From the NCBI GenBank assembly GCA_024679065.1, contig JAGIQG010000019.1, positions 35,278,001 through 35,342,000 of the forward strand: a stretch of DNA of 64,000 nt. Direction: 5' to 3'. The notes beneath the pieces were generated by a model. It was not told the DNA's origin and searched no databases. It worked only from the letters and a program-made list of their open reading frames with translations. A program made the translations under genes and the position numbers. This document shows, piece by piece, positions 23,226 to 36,321 of this stretch. Source of the stretch: Sphyrna mokarran. Lineage: Eukaryota. Within the stretch, counting starts at the first letter, position 1; each line of letters begins with the position of its first letter.

Positions 23226-24619
23226 TTATATCTGCCCAGAGACAATGGTCATTGGCAGCAGGATAGGGGACAGGCATGGGAAGTCGATAGGACAGGTTTG
23301 GGGTTGCTGCTGAATGTCACTGTCCAGATTCAGGAAGGTTTGGTAATTGACACTGAGACACTGGAGTTTCATTGTGGGTTGCTGGAAAAAGCTGGAGGCA
23401 GCAGCCTCTCAGTTATGGAGGGACAGTTCAGTGAGTGGGACATGAATGTGATATATGTGCTTAATTACTGAGGTTCTAGCCCTCTTAACTGTTCATATTT
23501 CTGCTTCAGTTCCAGCAGCTGTATCAGGTGATCTGAATCATCTGTAAGTGGTATGGAATGGGAGATGAATTTTCTCAGTGTCAGAATCTCACTTATTATG
23601 ATTTGTTCAGTAAAGGATGCGTGGCTGGGAAAATATGACCATCAATCTCCGAGGCATTTCCCTGTCATTCCCAGATAAATTCCAATCTCTCCCCGAGTCT
23701 GGTGCTAGTTCTGGAAATCTTAACCATCAATACAACTGCCTGCCCCCCCCACATCATTCCCATCGTTTTCCAGGCATCAGAAAGTGTCAGGATTCAATCC
23801 CAGAGTTTATGGTTCAATCTGATATCAGATAGATCATTAATGATAGATTTCCAGTGCCAAGTGGAGAGATATAGTATCCTCTGCGTAATGAGTCTTACAG
23901 GATCTGGGTTCTATTCCTGCTTCAACTGATCTCAGCTGTGCAAGCCTAGAATTAGTCTCAGGTTGGTGGGAGGAAGGGTGAGGGAGAGGAAAAACAAGCA
24001 GGATTCTTGTTCCTGATCATTGTCCTGCTGGAAATGCACATGTGCGGGAATGTCCTCAGTGTGTAGTCAGCAGGGAAGCTTCCTAAGTTTTGAGGGATAC
24101 TGATTGACAAGGTTCACACAGCAAGGCTGAGGAGAGGATTAACTATTCCTGCAAGAACACAAGCCAGAGTTGAGACAATGCTGGCCTCTCTCACCAACTG
24201 AATAATTGTGTGTGTGTGTCCATACCATCAACAACACTGAGTCTGGCTGATGAACCACCCTGTCATCACCCTGCATCAAATTTCCCTTAAGATTAGCTCT
24301 GGAACCCCAAAATCGGTCTGCCAAAATGTCCTGACCAAAACACTCTCTCGGACTTGCACTAATTGTCCTGGTGTTTGGAAAAGGTACGTGAAATGTGTCA
24401 ATTTGCAGCTTTTCCTTCTTAACACAAACTATATCAGCTCTTCACCACTTCATTCAACATCCCCCCTCCCCACTTTACCTCATACACTGTTTATTGTCAG
24501 CAAACCCCATCCCTCTCCAACAGAAACCTCTCTGGGTGCACTCTAGGATTTGGAATGCTGCCTTCTCGCTGACCATGACGTATCTGTGTGGGGACATTGC
24601 CACAGACACAGAAATCCTT

Positions 24620-24832
24620 CTCGCTGGCACCCAACACTGGCACCCACTGCTGGTACCCACCGCCGGCTCTCCACTGCTGACACTCACCGCTGGCAACCAC
24701 TGCTGGTGCTCACTGCCGGCTCTCACCACTGGCACCCAACACCAACACTCACCTCTGGCACTCGCTGCCGACACTCACCTCTGGCACTCCACTGCTGACA
24801 CTCACTGCTGGCACCCACTGCTGGCAACCACC
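24620..24832. repeat. Degenerate ~15-bp tandem repeat (CTCACCGCTGGCAC-like)
   Basis: Recurrent CAC(C/T)GCTGGCA units. Confidence 0.85.
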
Positions 24833-26433
24833 ACCTCCGATGCTGGGGGAATCCATTATGGGCTGGTTCTCAATGGGATTGATTCCTGTTGCTCTGGTTA
24901 GTTCATCTTTCAGTGCTCTGATTGGCCAGACCATCAGAACGGCCTGCTTGACCAATCAGGGATGATGTTGAACTGGGCAATAGAAGAGACACTGATTTTT
25001 GAGGAGGCACTGAAGAGAATTTATTGGAGTGGGGGGGTGGGGGAGGGATTGTTTATAGGAGGTCATTGGATAATTTACCCTGTGAGTTCTTGGGATCAGG
25101 AGGGAATCAGCCTCCTGGGCAATGGCAGAAGATTGAGTTGAAGGGATGATCAGGGAGCATTCATTGGCAAATCACCAATCAGTGCTGAGAAAGATGATGG
25201 TAAGTTCAGTTGAGCCGAGGCACATTTTACCAAACTTCTCATGGAATGGTTTGTCCTATCCTGCTTTTGGCATTGGGTGCAAAACTAAATCACAAATAAC
25301 CATCAGGACTCATTGGGACTCAGTGAACATAAACAAACAGGGCTTTGAACTAGATTCTGGTCTGACCATTGCTGATTGGACAATAAGTGGAACAGAGAAT
25401 TCTGGAATCTTGTGGCAAATAAAGTCACGGTTCAGCAAGAAAATGATGCAGAAATGTCATTGAAACAGAAATCTGTGCTTTATATCTGCCCCTTTAACAA
25501 CTAGGCTGTTAACCCAGGCTGGAGAGTCCGCTGGAGATAACTTCGCGTGACCTCCCACCTTCGACTGCCCCTCCCCCACACTCCTGTCATTGGTTGTCCA
25601 TTGTGTCAATCATCACAGACTCAGGCCTTCCTGCAATGCATTGTGGTTTTGACTTCTGCAAATCTGGGTCACCTGACTCAAACCAGCAAATACCCAGCAC
25701 CTGTGGAGAAAGAGACAGAGTTAACATTTCAGATGTTCTACTGATAGGTCAGCGGCCTGAGACATTGGCCTGAACTTTACTTCTAGGGTCCCAGTGCTAG
25801 CATTGGCCTGAATTCTGGATTGGAATGTGGGAAGCAGCTGCGATGAAACCCGTGAGGAGATTTTTCATGGAGACAGCCAGTTAAAAATGGAGGGTTGACT
25901 CTGCAGACAGGAGGACCCATGGGGAAGCCTGAGACCGGGGTGGCCTGAGGGGGGAAAGGCAGGGAGGAGGAGGAGGATGCGGGAGGGGGGAGGAGGAGGA
26001 GGAGGAGGGAGGAGAGGAGGGAGATGGGGGGGAGGAGGAGGAGGGGGAGGATGATGATGGGAGGGGGGGGTGTGTTGTGTTGTGTCACTGTATCTGGGAG
26101 ACTCCAGGCTGTCACAAGACGGCGGCACCCTGTAAACAATAGAAAATATACAGTGACTGCAGCAGCTAGGCAATCAGAGCAGAGAAAACCCTTCAGAGAA
26201 TGGCCTGTTGCTATCCAGGCAGAGCCTCAGGCCTCCGTAGCTGCTGTGGTCAGCCATCAACACCAATCTAATCATGGACTTCAACCACCTCAGGAACTGG
26301 GGGATCACAACTCATAGCTTTCAAAATAAAAGTGAGGCAGACTTTAAGTGGTGGCTGCCATGTTGAAAAAGCTGTTTAAGGAAAGGAATTCCAGTATGGT
26401 GCCTGAGGGAATATCGGGATAGCTGCCAGTATT

Positions 26434-28667
26434 CATAGAACATAGAACATAGAACATTACAGTGCAGTACAGGCCCTTCGGCCCTCGATGTTGCGCCGGC
26501 CAGTGGACCCTCTAACCTAAACTATTCCAATATCATCCATATGCCTATCCACCGAACATTTGAATGCCCACAAAGTAGGCGAGTCCACAACTGCTGCAGG
26601 CAGGGCATTCCACGCCCTCACCACCCTCTGTGTAAAGAACCTGCCTCTGACATCCGTCCTATAACTACCACCTCTTAATTTAAAGTTATGTCCCCTCGTG
26701 TTGGTCATCACCATCCGAGGAAAAAGGCTCTCACTATCCACCCTATCCAATCCATTGATCATCTTATACGCCTCAATTAGGTCACCGCGTAACCTTCTTC
26801 TCTCTAATGAAAATAACCTCAGGTCCCTCAGCCTTTCCTCATAAGGCCTTCCCACCATACCAGGCAACATCCTGGTAAACCTCCTCTGCACCCTTTCCAA
26901 TGCTTTCACATCTTTCTTATAATGCGGCGACCAGAACTGTACGCAATACTCCGGTGCGGCCGCACCAGAGTTTTGTACAGTTGTAACATAACCTCACGGC
27001 TCCTAAATTCAATCCCTCTACCAATAAAAGCTAACACACCGTACGCCTTCTTAACAACTTTATCAACCTGGGTGCCAACTTTCAAAGAGCTATGTACTTG
27101 TGCCCCAAGATCCCTCTGCTCGACAACACTATTAAGGGTCCTTCCATTAGCCCTATATTTCATATGCCTGTTATTCCTACCAAAGTGAATCACCTCACAC
27201 TTATCCGTATTGAATTCCATTTGCCACCTCACGGCCCAGCTCTGCAACCTATCTATGTCCCTCTGCAAACTGTAACATCCATCCTCGCTGTCTACAACTC
27301 CCCCCACTTTGGTATCGTCAGCAAATTTACTAATCCAACCCTCTACACCCTCATCTAGGTCATTTATAAAAATGACAAACAGCAGTGGCCCCAAAACAGA
27401 TCCTTGAGGTACACCCCTTGTAACTGCACTCCAGGTTGAATATTTCCCATCAACCACCACCCTCTGTCTTCTATCAGCTAGCCAATTCCTAATCCAAACT
27501 GCTAAATCACCTTCAATCCCATGCATCTGCACTTTCTGCAGTAGCCTACCGTGGGGATCCTTATCAAACACTTTGCTAAAATCCATATACACTACATCAA
27601 CTGCCTTACCCTTATCTACCTCTTTGGTCACCTCCTCAAAAAACTCAATAAGGTTTGTGAGGCACAACCTACCCTTCACAAACCGTGCTGACTATCCCTA
27701 ATCAATTTATTTCTCTCTAGATGCTTATAAATCCTATCCCTTATAATTCTTTCCAAGACCTTGCCCACAACAGAAGTCAGGCTCACCGGTCTATAATTTC
27801 CAGGATGGTCCCTACTCCCCTTTTTGAAAAGAGGGACAACATTTGCCATCCTCCAGTCTTCCAGCACTATACCTGTAGCTAATGACGACATGAAGATCAA
27901 AGCCAAAGGCTCTGCAATCTCCTCTCTAGCCTCCCAGAGAATCCTAGGGTAGATCCCATCTGGCCCAGGGGACTTATCAATTTTCATACCCTCAAGATTC
28001 GCTAACACCTCCTCCTTATGAACCTCAATCCTACCCAATCTACAACCTGGTATCGCAGTATTCTCCCCGACAACACTGTCTTTCTCCTGCGTGAATACTG
28101 ACGAAAAATACTCATTCAGTGTCTCTCTTATCTCCTCAGGCTCCATGCACAACTTCCCACTGCTATCTCTGACTGGCCCTAATCTTGCCCTAACCAATCT
28201 TTTATTATTTATATACCTGTGAAAAGCTTTAGGATTCTCCTTAATCCTATCCGCCAAAGCCTTCTCGTGTCCTCTTCTAGCTCTTCTCAACTCCCTCTTT
28301 AGCTCCTTCCTGGCTGATTTATAGCTCTCTATTGCCCTAACTGAGCCTTCACGTCTCATCATTATATAAGCCTCCTTCTTCCTCTTTACCAGAGATTCAA
28401 CTTCCCTAGTACACCATGGTTCCCTCACTCGACCACTTCCTCCCTGCCTGGCAGGTACATATTCATTAAGGACATGCAGAAGCTGTTCCTTAAATATGCT
28501 CCACATTTCAGATGTCTCCAGCCCCTGCAATTTCCTGCTCCACCCTATGCATCCTAAATCTCTCCTAATAGCCTCATAATTACCTTTCCCCCAGCTATAA
28601 CTACTGTTATTCGGTACGTGCCCATCCCTTTCCATCGCTAAGGTAAACGTAACCGAATTGTGGTCAC
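26434..28667 (-). mobile_element. Young 5'-truncated CR1 LINE (end of endonuclease through RT and 3' tail)
   Basis: ORFs 27676-28674, 26906-27679 and 26517-26909 carry the RT motifs with only two frameshifts; (CATAGAA)n tail at 26434; closely similar to the 59.4-63.5 kb copy. Confidence 0.95.
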
Positions 28668-28760
28668 AAACCACAATTCAGATGGGGACTATCCTGATGC
28701 TGGCCTTGTAGTCACATTGGCTGGGTGCAGTGTTGAGAGTTAACCATGTACTGTTCTCAC

Positions 28761-29150
28761 TAGCTCGGGGGAGGTTGTTGGGCGAGGGGGGGTGTGGTGA
28801 GGTGCTGCTGTTGCTGATCTGCCCATCAGGGGCTGGTAGCCAAATGGCTTGATCAAAGTGTTGATGGAGGACATTCTGGATTTTCTGGGCAGCAGATATT
28901 TGGCCCAGATTTCACTTGAGGGCTGTTCTGTTCGAGCTGGGTCTTCTTGCTCCGTATCACAATCTGCCGAACACCCTGCTCGCAGTCTCATTATCAGCTT
29001 CTCCGCACAGCAGCTGGTAACGTTCACCCTGCTGCCCCACATCACCCTGATGTTCACTCCACAATAGCTTCCCCCCCCTTCAGATCCAAGACTCCGAATT
29101 CCCCCTCTGGCTCCCATAAACATATCGATGTAACTTTCACAGAAAAGTGC
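28761..29150 (-). other. Candidate 390-nt exon, fully open in phase 0 (unidentified)
   Basis: Acceptor cttcactttttaattttTAG, donor CTA|gtgaga, 130 codons without a stop; no recognisable homology. Confidence 0.4.
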
Positions 29151-29769
29151 CTAAAAATTAAAAAGTGAAGACTTATATTTATATAAAGATAGGTTCACGT
29201 GGAATAAAAATCTGCAAAATGTGACTTTTGGTATCAGATACAGAGAGTGCTCCAAAAAATGGTCTCACCAATGATCTGTACAAGAAAACTCTTCAGACTC
29301 AGATATGCTGGAGATCAAAGCTGCTGTAATTTGATCAGTTTCCTAGACAACAGCATCCATTGAGTGGAAACTTTCAGTGTGTGATTAATATTCGCGCTCA
29401 AATCCTTTTCCACCTTTGCTAATGGACACCTATTCATTGCGAATATATTTCACATTTTCCTGATCCAATCTCCATTTCCTTACATTTATCTACATTATCA
29501 TCCATCTACTTAATTGGTTCACATCTCTCGGAATGCTGTTTATCTTTCCTGCATTTGTCACACAGCTTGGTATGATCAGCAAATTTTACAATATAGGAAG
29601 CAGAGAGCTTTCCTAAGTCATTTCAAAATAGTCTCTTCTCTCCTGATGGCTCAGCAAGTTTATCCAGTCAGTAACTCAGCTGGGAAGTCAATCTTCAGTC
29701 TTTGGCAAAGAAAAACGAACTAGGATTTCATCACAACAAACGATCATTACTGAATGCGTGCCCAGTAAG

Positions 29770-30230
29770 GGTAGGATTGAACTCACTGGCTTCTACCACC
29801 CACAGCCCAAGAGCTGGTGTGGAGGATGGTCATTCAGGTGAAGAAGACAAGCAATCCATTGATATTAAGGCAGCACTTGACCGAGTGTGACATCAAGGAG
29901 TCTGAACAAGATTGAAGTCAATGAGATAAAAGTCATACTGGCGCCAAGATTGGTTGTGGTTTTTTGGAGGCCAATCATCTCAATCCTAGGACATTGCTTC
30001 AGGAGTTTCTCAGGGCAGTGTCCAAGGCCCCCCTATCTTCAGCTGTTATAAAAACCACCTTCTCTTCATCACAAGGTCAGAGGTGGGCATGTTCACTGAT
30101 GCACAATGTTCAGCACCGTTCACAACTCATCAGATACTGAAGCAGCCTCTGTCCAAATACAGCAAAACCTGGACAATATCCAGGCTTGGACTGACAAGTA
30201 GCAAATAACGTTCACGCCGTACAACTGCCA
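29770..30230 (+). mobile_element. RTE-X-like LINE RT fragment
   Basis: DIKAALDRV, GVSQGSV, MFTDA and QQNLDNIQAWTDK remnants. Confidence 0.7.
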
Positions 30231-30550
30231 ATGTTTCCCTTGGCTGGGGGTGGTCTAGAACCAAGGGACACGCTCTCAGAATAAGAGGCAAGCCATTTAG
30301 AACTGAGATCAAGAGGAGTTTCTTTGCTCAGAGAGTGATGAATTTATGGAACTCTCTGCCCTGGGATGTGTAGAGGCTCAGTCATTGAGTGTGTTCAGGA
30401 CAGAGATCAATAAATTCCTAGATATTAAAGATATGAAAGGATGTATAATGCTGGGAAATATCAGATGTGGAAGTAGATTAGCCACAATTTAATAGCATGG
30501 CAGAGCAGGCTCAAGGAACTAAATGGTTTATTCCTGCTCACACTTCCTGT
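30230..30550 (+). mobile_element. CR1 3' fragment
   Basis: SRTKGHALRIRG..FRTEIKRSFFAQRV remnant. Confidence 0.8.
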
Positions 30551-30654
30551 TCTTATTTTACTCCCATTTATTTCCCCAGTAACTTATTAATGTTACCTTA
30601 GATTCCTCATTCTCATTGGACACACTACGTCCAGTAATTTCTATCTGAAAAGTT

Positions 30655-30962
30655 AAAGTTTATTTATTAGTCGTAAGTAAGGCTTATATTAACACTGCAA
30701 TGAAGTTACTGTGAAATTCCTCTAGTCACCACAGTCCAGTGCCTGTTTGGGTCAATGCTCCTAATCAGCACATCTTTCAGAATGTGCGAAGAAATCGGAG
30801 CACCTGAAATAAACTCGCACAGACACAGGGTTTCCCACAGTCCAAGTGATGTTCTGTTTAGACACACTGGCCATGTTAAATTCTCCCTCAGTGTACCCAC
30901 AATAGTAACTTCATTGCAGTGTTAATGTAAGCCTTACTTGTAACAATAATAATTAAACTTTT
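30655..30962. mobile_element. Fold-back composite of two oppositely oriented V-SINE halves
   Basis: ~55-bp inverted termini made of the SINE tail; SINE core sequence in both orientations inside. Confidence 0.75.
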
Positions 30963-31419
30963 AGCAACTTTTAAGAACTGTTCTGTAACTTTGACCTTTC
31001 TCTTTAGATTATAAATCTCAGCCGTTCCCCTCCTAACTTTGAGTTAAATCTACAGTTCTAGTTGTAAAATTCACCAGGACATTTAGTTCCAGTCCAATCT
31101 CTATGGAACCCATTCAAAGGAAGCAGTTCCCACTCCCCCACTCGTGTCAGTGTCCTGTGAACCAAAACGTATCTCCCACAAATCAGCTCAGATTTGTTTG
31201 ACCCCATGCATAACTCAGGCAGACATCCAGAGATGTGAAATTACTGTGAAATTCTGTTGATTAATGTAGCTCCTTAAACTCTCACTGGAACCTTATCACA
31301 TGGTTTAGCTATGTCGTAATCTCCTGATAACTGGATCTGCCTCCTCCCACTCCGAGTTCTTTTGCCGCTGCGAGGAAATATCATTAATCCTCACACCAGA
31401 CAGGCAAAACAACCTCCAG

Positions 31420-31860
31420 AACTCCCTGATGTAGCTGCAGAGAGCAGCATCTATCCCCTGACTATACTGTTCCCTGTGACTATCACACCCCTTTTCAAAT
31501 CCCTATTCCTATACCAGGGTTTATTCATGCAGATTGCATACTTCCCACTCATCCACACAGGCAATGATTGGACAAGGGCAAGGGTTGCAATTCCTCCATC
31601 AATGTCCACCAAGGGTCTCCGGTCATTCACTCCTATTGATGATCACTGACCTGGCCTGCATCACTTCCAAACCTAACGGCTGTGACTGAATCAAAGTGTC
31701 CAAGTCACTCTGCCGCACAGTGTCTGCACCTCAGATCCCCCACTCAACAACTCCGAGCACCGGTTCCTTGAAATGCAGGAATTACTGCAAATGCACTTGA
31801 CTGTAATCACAATGTTTTTCACGATCTCCCGCATGCCCAACCACACTGCCATCCTATCTG
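31420..31860 (-). mobile_element. CR1 ORF1 remnant
   Basis: GMREIV..CICSNSC..RCSEL..EVQTL zinc-finger/zipper-like remnant. Confidence 0.5.
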
Positions 31861-31865
31861 ACCTT

Positions 31866-33006
31866 GGCCCGCAATCCTCCCATTGCATCCTGCCACTTTT
31901 CTGCTGGGTCCATCTGGGAGATGTATGTCTGCGGTCTCAAACCAGGATTTGAGTATGCACTAGGAAGGCACGGGCAAACAATTGCTGGTCAGATTACACT
32001 GGAAACCAGCGGGAAGGCAGGTAAGTCATTTAAATCTGTTTTTAATCTATTTTAAATCTGTAGATTTGTTAATTATCAGCACCTTTCAGCTCTCGATCGA
32101 ATCGCCCCTCCTGCCAGGTGTGCTTCATTCTGGCGTGGTTTCAACCATCTCTCCATGTTCGGGGAGCCAGCAGGAGACCCCGCCGGGGTAATTAAGGGGG
32201 GGTAATTAAGGCCCAGGGGATCAGGCAGCGGGCGTGGTGCCTCCTGGGCATGGGCACCTGACAGTGCCAGCCTGTGCCCCGGCACTGTCCTAGAGGCAAA
32301 GTGCCCATACCCAGGGAGCACCTTGGCACTGACCATTGGTATTGGGCAGTGCAAAGAGGGTGGGGCCTATTGTGAGTGGGGCCAAGGAGTGATTGGTGGG
32401 GGTGAGAATCCCACTGCCACTCTGCATTGGAATCAGTCTGGGATGATGGTAGGGCAGTGATTGGGGTGGGCTGGGGTGGCAGGGAAAGTCTGCCGAGTTG
32501 GGGGTGGTGGCTGCACCTGGGGGGAATGACTCTGACCCCGCTGGAGAGATCGGCAGAGTGGTGAATGGGATGGGGGGGGAAGATGGGTGAGTTATGTATT
32601 GGGGTGCTCTGGGATGGGAGGGGCAGCAGGAGAGTGGGGTCAGGCCTGGCCTGAATTGTGTAGAGGCCGCAATTGAGCCACGGGAAAGGCTGGAGGGGCA
32701 GCATTGTGGGACCCTGGGCTGGTTAGCTATTGAGCTGGCCAGCAAATGGGAGACTGACAGACTGGGGAGACTGACAGACTGGGGAGACTTACAGACTGGA
32801 GTCACTGCACACGTGCAGAGTTGTGGAGCTGCCAGACTCTGTTCCAACCAGGCCCTGCACCGTCACCCCCATGTTTTTAATGAGATTCAGGGCTGGGACC
32901 TCTATAGTGCACAGAGTGGGAGATTTGAGTGTGAAGTTGAACTGCCAAAACTGCCTGGATTTAGAGCAATTTTCCCACCAATTCAATACATTTGCGAGAA
33001 TCACCC
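31866..33006. mobile_element. GC-rich ~1.1 kb non-autonomous DNA element (Harbinger-like ends)
   Basis: Ends GGCCCGCAATCCTCC / GAGAATCACCC; composition like 4976-6081. Confidence 0.5.
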
Positions 33007-33159
33007 ACACCTTGTTTAATTTAATTCATTAAATTTTTTTGAAAATGACTAGATCTAGTTTGAGTTATTGGTAGATTAAATATTTATCTATAACATGAAC
33101 CATTGCAAATATTGGATACACAAGGCCATGTGTATCTCCACCCAATTCCCATCCTTTCC

Positions 33160-34005
33160 CAGTCCCCGCCCTCACCAGTCCCCCACTCACCCAGTCCCCC
33201 CCCCCACTCACCCAGTCCCCCCACTCACCCAGTCCCCCCACTCACCCCCCCCACTCACCCAGTCCCCCCACTCACCCAATCCCCCCACTCACACAATCCC
33301 CCCACTCATCCAGTCCCCCCACTCCCCCCACTCACCCAATCCCCCCCTCACCCAGTCCCCCCCACTCACCCAATCCCCCCACTCACCCAGTCCCCCCACT
33401 CACCAATCCCCCCACTCACCCACTCACCCCCCCCCACACCACCATCCCCCCCACTCACTCAATCCCCCACTCACCAATCCCCCCACTCACCAATCACCCA
33501 ATCCCCCACTCACCACCCCCACTCACCCAATCCCCCACTCATCCAGTCCCCCACTCACCAGTCCCCCCACTCCAGTCCCCCCCTCCCCCAGTCCCCCCCA
33601 CTCACACAGTCCCCCCCTCACCCAGTCCCCCCACTCCCCCAGTCCCCCCCCACTCCCCAGTCCCCCCCTCCCCCAGTCCCCCCATTCCCCCATCCCCCCC
33701 ACTCACCCAGTCCCCCCCACTCACCCAGTCCCCCCACTCACCCAGTCCCCCCCCACTCTCACCCACCCAGTCCCCCCCACTCACCCAGTCCCTCCCCCCC
33801 ATTCATCCAGTCTCCCCCACTCACCCAGTCCCCCCCATTCATCAGTCCCCCCCTCCCCCAGTCCCCCCACTCACACAGTCCCCCACTCACCCAGTCCCCC
33901 CACTCCCCCAGTCCCCCCACACACCCAATGCACCAATCACCCAGTCCCCCCCACTCACACAGTCCCCCCCACTCACCCAGTCCCCCCCACTCACCCAGTC
34001 CCCAC
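33160..34005. repeat. C-rich 17-19 bp minisatellite (CCCACTCACCCAGTCCC)
   Basis: Dozens of visible tandem units; the Pro-rich ORFs are artefacts. Confidence 0.95.
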
Positions 34006-34494
34006 CCTCTCCCTGTGCCTGCACTCACTGATTTTCCAATTTTTATAATCTGTCATTTGTACCTACTCTGTGACAGTATAAAGAGAGCTTTACTCTGCAT
34101 CAAACCTGGGAGTGTTTGGTGGGACTTTGTCACTAATTCCTGCTGTAACTGCCCTGGGAGTGTTGATTAGATCAGTGTGGAGAGAATTTTATCCTGTATC
34201 CTGCCTGTATCATACTTCTCATGGAAGTTTTTTAACTGGACAGTAGCAGGGAGGGGAAGCTTACCTCGGTCTCTGGCTGGTGCTTTTTCCATCCTGAGTA
34301 GTTTAATCAGGCAGCTCAGAGGGTGCTTTACTTTGCATCAAACTCAGAGTCTGAGTTCAAAGTGTTTGATGGTGAGAGAAGCAATTCCTCACACTGACAA
34401 GTTTTGGTTTGATAAGCTGGAATCCTTGCACATAAAAATGAATAATAAGTTATTTTTATTTCATAAACAGTGGAGGTATTCTTGTCAATACATA

Positions 34495-34755
34495 GTAACA
34501 TCAAAACTAGAAGCAGGAACAGACCATTCAGCCCTTTGAGCCTGCCCCACCATTTATTTTCATTGTGGCCGATCATTGAATTCAATATCCGGATTCCCCC
34601 CTTCCTCCCATATCGCTTGATCCCTTTAGCACCAAGAGAAATATCTAATTTCTTCTTGGAATCAGTCAACATTTTGGCCTGAGGTACTTCCTGTGGAAGT
34701 GAATTCCATACATTCACCATCTTCTGGTTGAAGAAATTTCTCCTCACCTCAGTAT
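34495..34755 (-). mobile_element. CR1 3' fragment
   Basis: TEVRRNFFNQKMVNVWNSLPQ..KKKLDISL. Confidence 0.85.
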
Positions 34756-35369
34756 TGACCGTGCAAGTTCCTGGGATTTTGGGAGAACAAATTCCATTGG
34801 TTCCTATATTCAATAATTTGATTACAGTCTCAGTCATTCAGGACTTTACAAAGGCAGAATGACAGACTGAGTCCCCTGACAATTGTCTCCTTGCTGCTTA
34901 TTAGCTTAAATAAACCATTCTCAAACTCTTTCTGCATTTCCCTCAGAAGTTGATGGTTTTTGTTACAGTGAAGATTTACATCCTCAACTTCTGCCTCAAA
35001 TTTCGTCTTATGCAAAACATCCGTTTTAGCCCTGGGTCAAACACGGTCAACTGTTAAATTGTATTGGTCCCGTCTGAACAGGGAGAAAAATATTGCCTAT
35101 AGCCTATGGCTCATTAAATGAGCATCATGAAATGCGTCAATAATTGAAAGTGTTAGCAAAGAATTAAGAGAACAATAAGTGTATATATGAAAAGACAGTG
35201 CCCCAGCTTCAGCCCCTTTGTGGGGTGGGGGATGAGGGGAAAACACTGTTCCCGGGGAATGTGTTTTTCAACATTGTCCAGTCTCAGAAGACAAACACGG
35301 GACATGGCGGACAGAGTACCCTTCATTATCCAGTACATCCTGGAGCAGAGAAGCTATGACATCTTCTTC

Positions 35370-36180
35370 GGAGCCTTCAACATGTCATCAATGAAGACAA
35401 ACACCTCGCCAAGGCCATCCCCACACCCCCACTTCTTGCCTTCAAACAACCTCAAACAGACCAATGTCCACAGCAAACTACTCAGCCTTCAGGAGGCCAG
35501 TGATCACAACACCACACAACCCTGCCACAGCAACCTCTGCAAGATGTGCTGGATCATTGACACAGACGCCATCATCACACATGAGAACATCAGGTACACA
35601 GTACATAATCTTGCGACTCGACCAACATTGTCTACCTGATATGTTGTAGGAAAGGAAGTCCGGAGTCGTGGTACATTGGGGAGACCATCAGACACTACAA
35701 CAATGGATGAATGAACACCGCTCGACAATCATCAGGCAGGAATTTTCCTTTTCAATCAGGGAATACTTCAGTAGTCACAGGCATTCAGCCTCTGATCTTC
35801 AGGAATCGCTGAGCAGAAACTGATAGCAAAGTTCCACACAAGAAGATGGCCTCAGCTGAGATCTTGGTTCATGTCACATTATCTGTAACTCCCACGACTT
35901 GCCTGAGCTTGCAAAATCTCACTAACTGTCCTGGCTGGAGATAATACACATCGCTTTAACCTGTGCTTGGCCCTCTCTCCATTCATCTTGTCTGTACCAT
36001 TGAGACTTGATTATCTGTAAAGACTCGCATTCCAACCATTATCTTGTAAATTGAGTTTGTGTTTGTACATGAGCTGTTTGAGAACACAAGTCCTCACTCA
36101 ACTAATGAAGGAGCCTGAGATTCCAAAAGTAGTGATGCCAAATAACTTTGGATTTTAACTTGTTGTGAGACTTCTTACTG
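35370..36180 (+). mobile_element. Penelope-like element (family A): GIY-YIG endonuclease remnant + pLTR
   Basis: PCHSNLCKMC..SCDSTNIVYLICCRKG..WYIGET; 3' end with a decayed hammerhead CTAATGAAGGAGC..TTCCAAAAG at 36102-36130. Confidence 0.85.
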
Positions 36181-36321
36181 CAATCACATCCGCCAGGGTT
36201 TGAATCTGAAGACACTGAGTGAAGGTTTGTTCATCCTAATGGATGTTGCCAAATGTACAGTATCTGCAAGTGGCTGATATCTGAGCAATGGAATAAGTTA
36301 TGGTAAATACTGTCCATTTGA

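Noticed and set aside
25783-26173. Poly-Pro/His ORFs resembling a transcription-factor exon
   Set aside because: Driven by the GGA repeat; the frames end in stops with no recognisable domain or downstream partner exon.
33095-34170. 317/355-aa Pro/His/Ser-rich ORFs
   Set aside because: Translations of the C-rich minisatellite.
34830-35073. Single in-frame TGA in an ~80-codon frame as selenocysteine or readthrough
   Set aside because: No homology to known selenoproteins and no SECIS recognised; compatible with chance.
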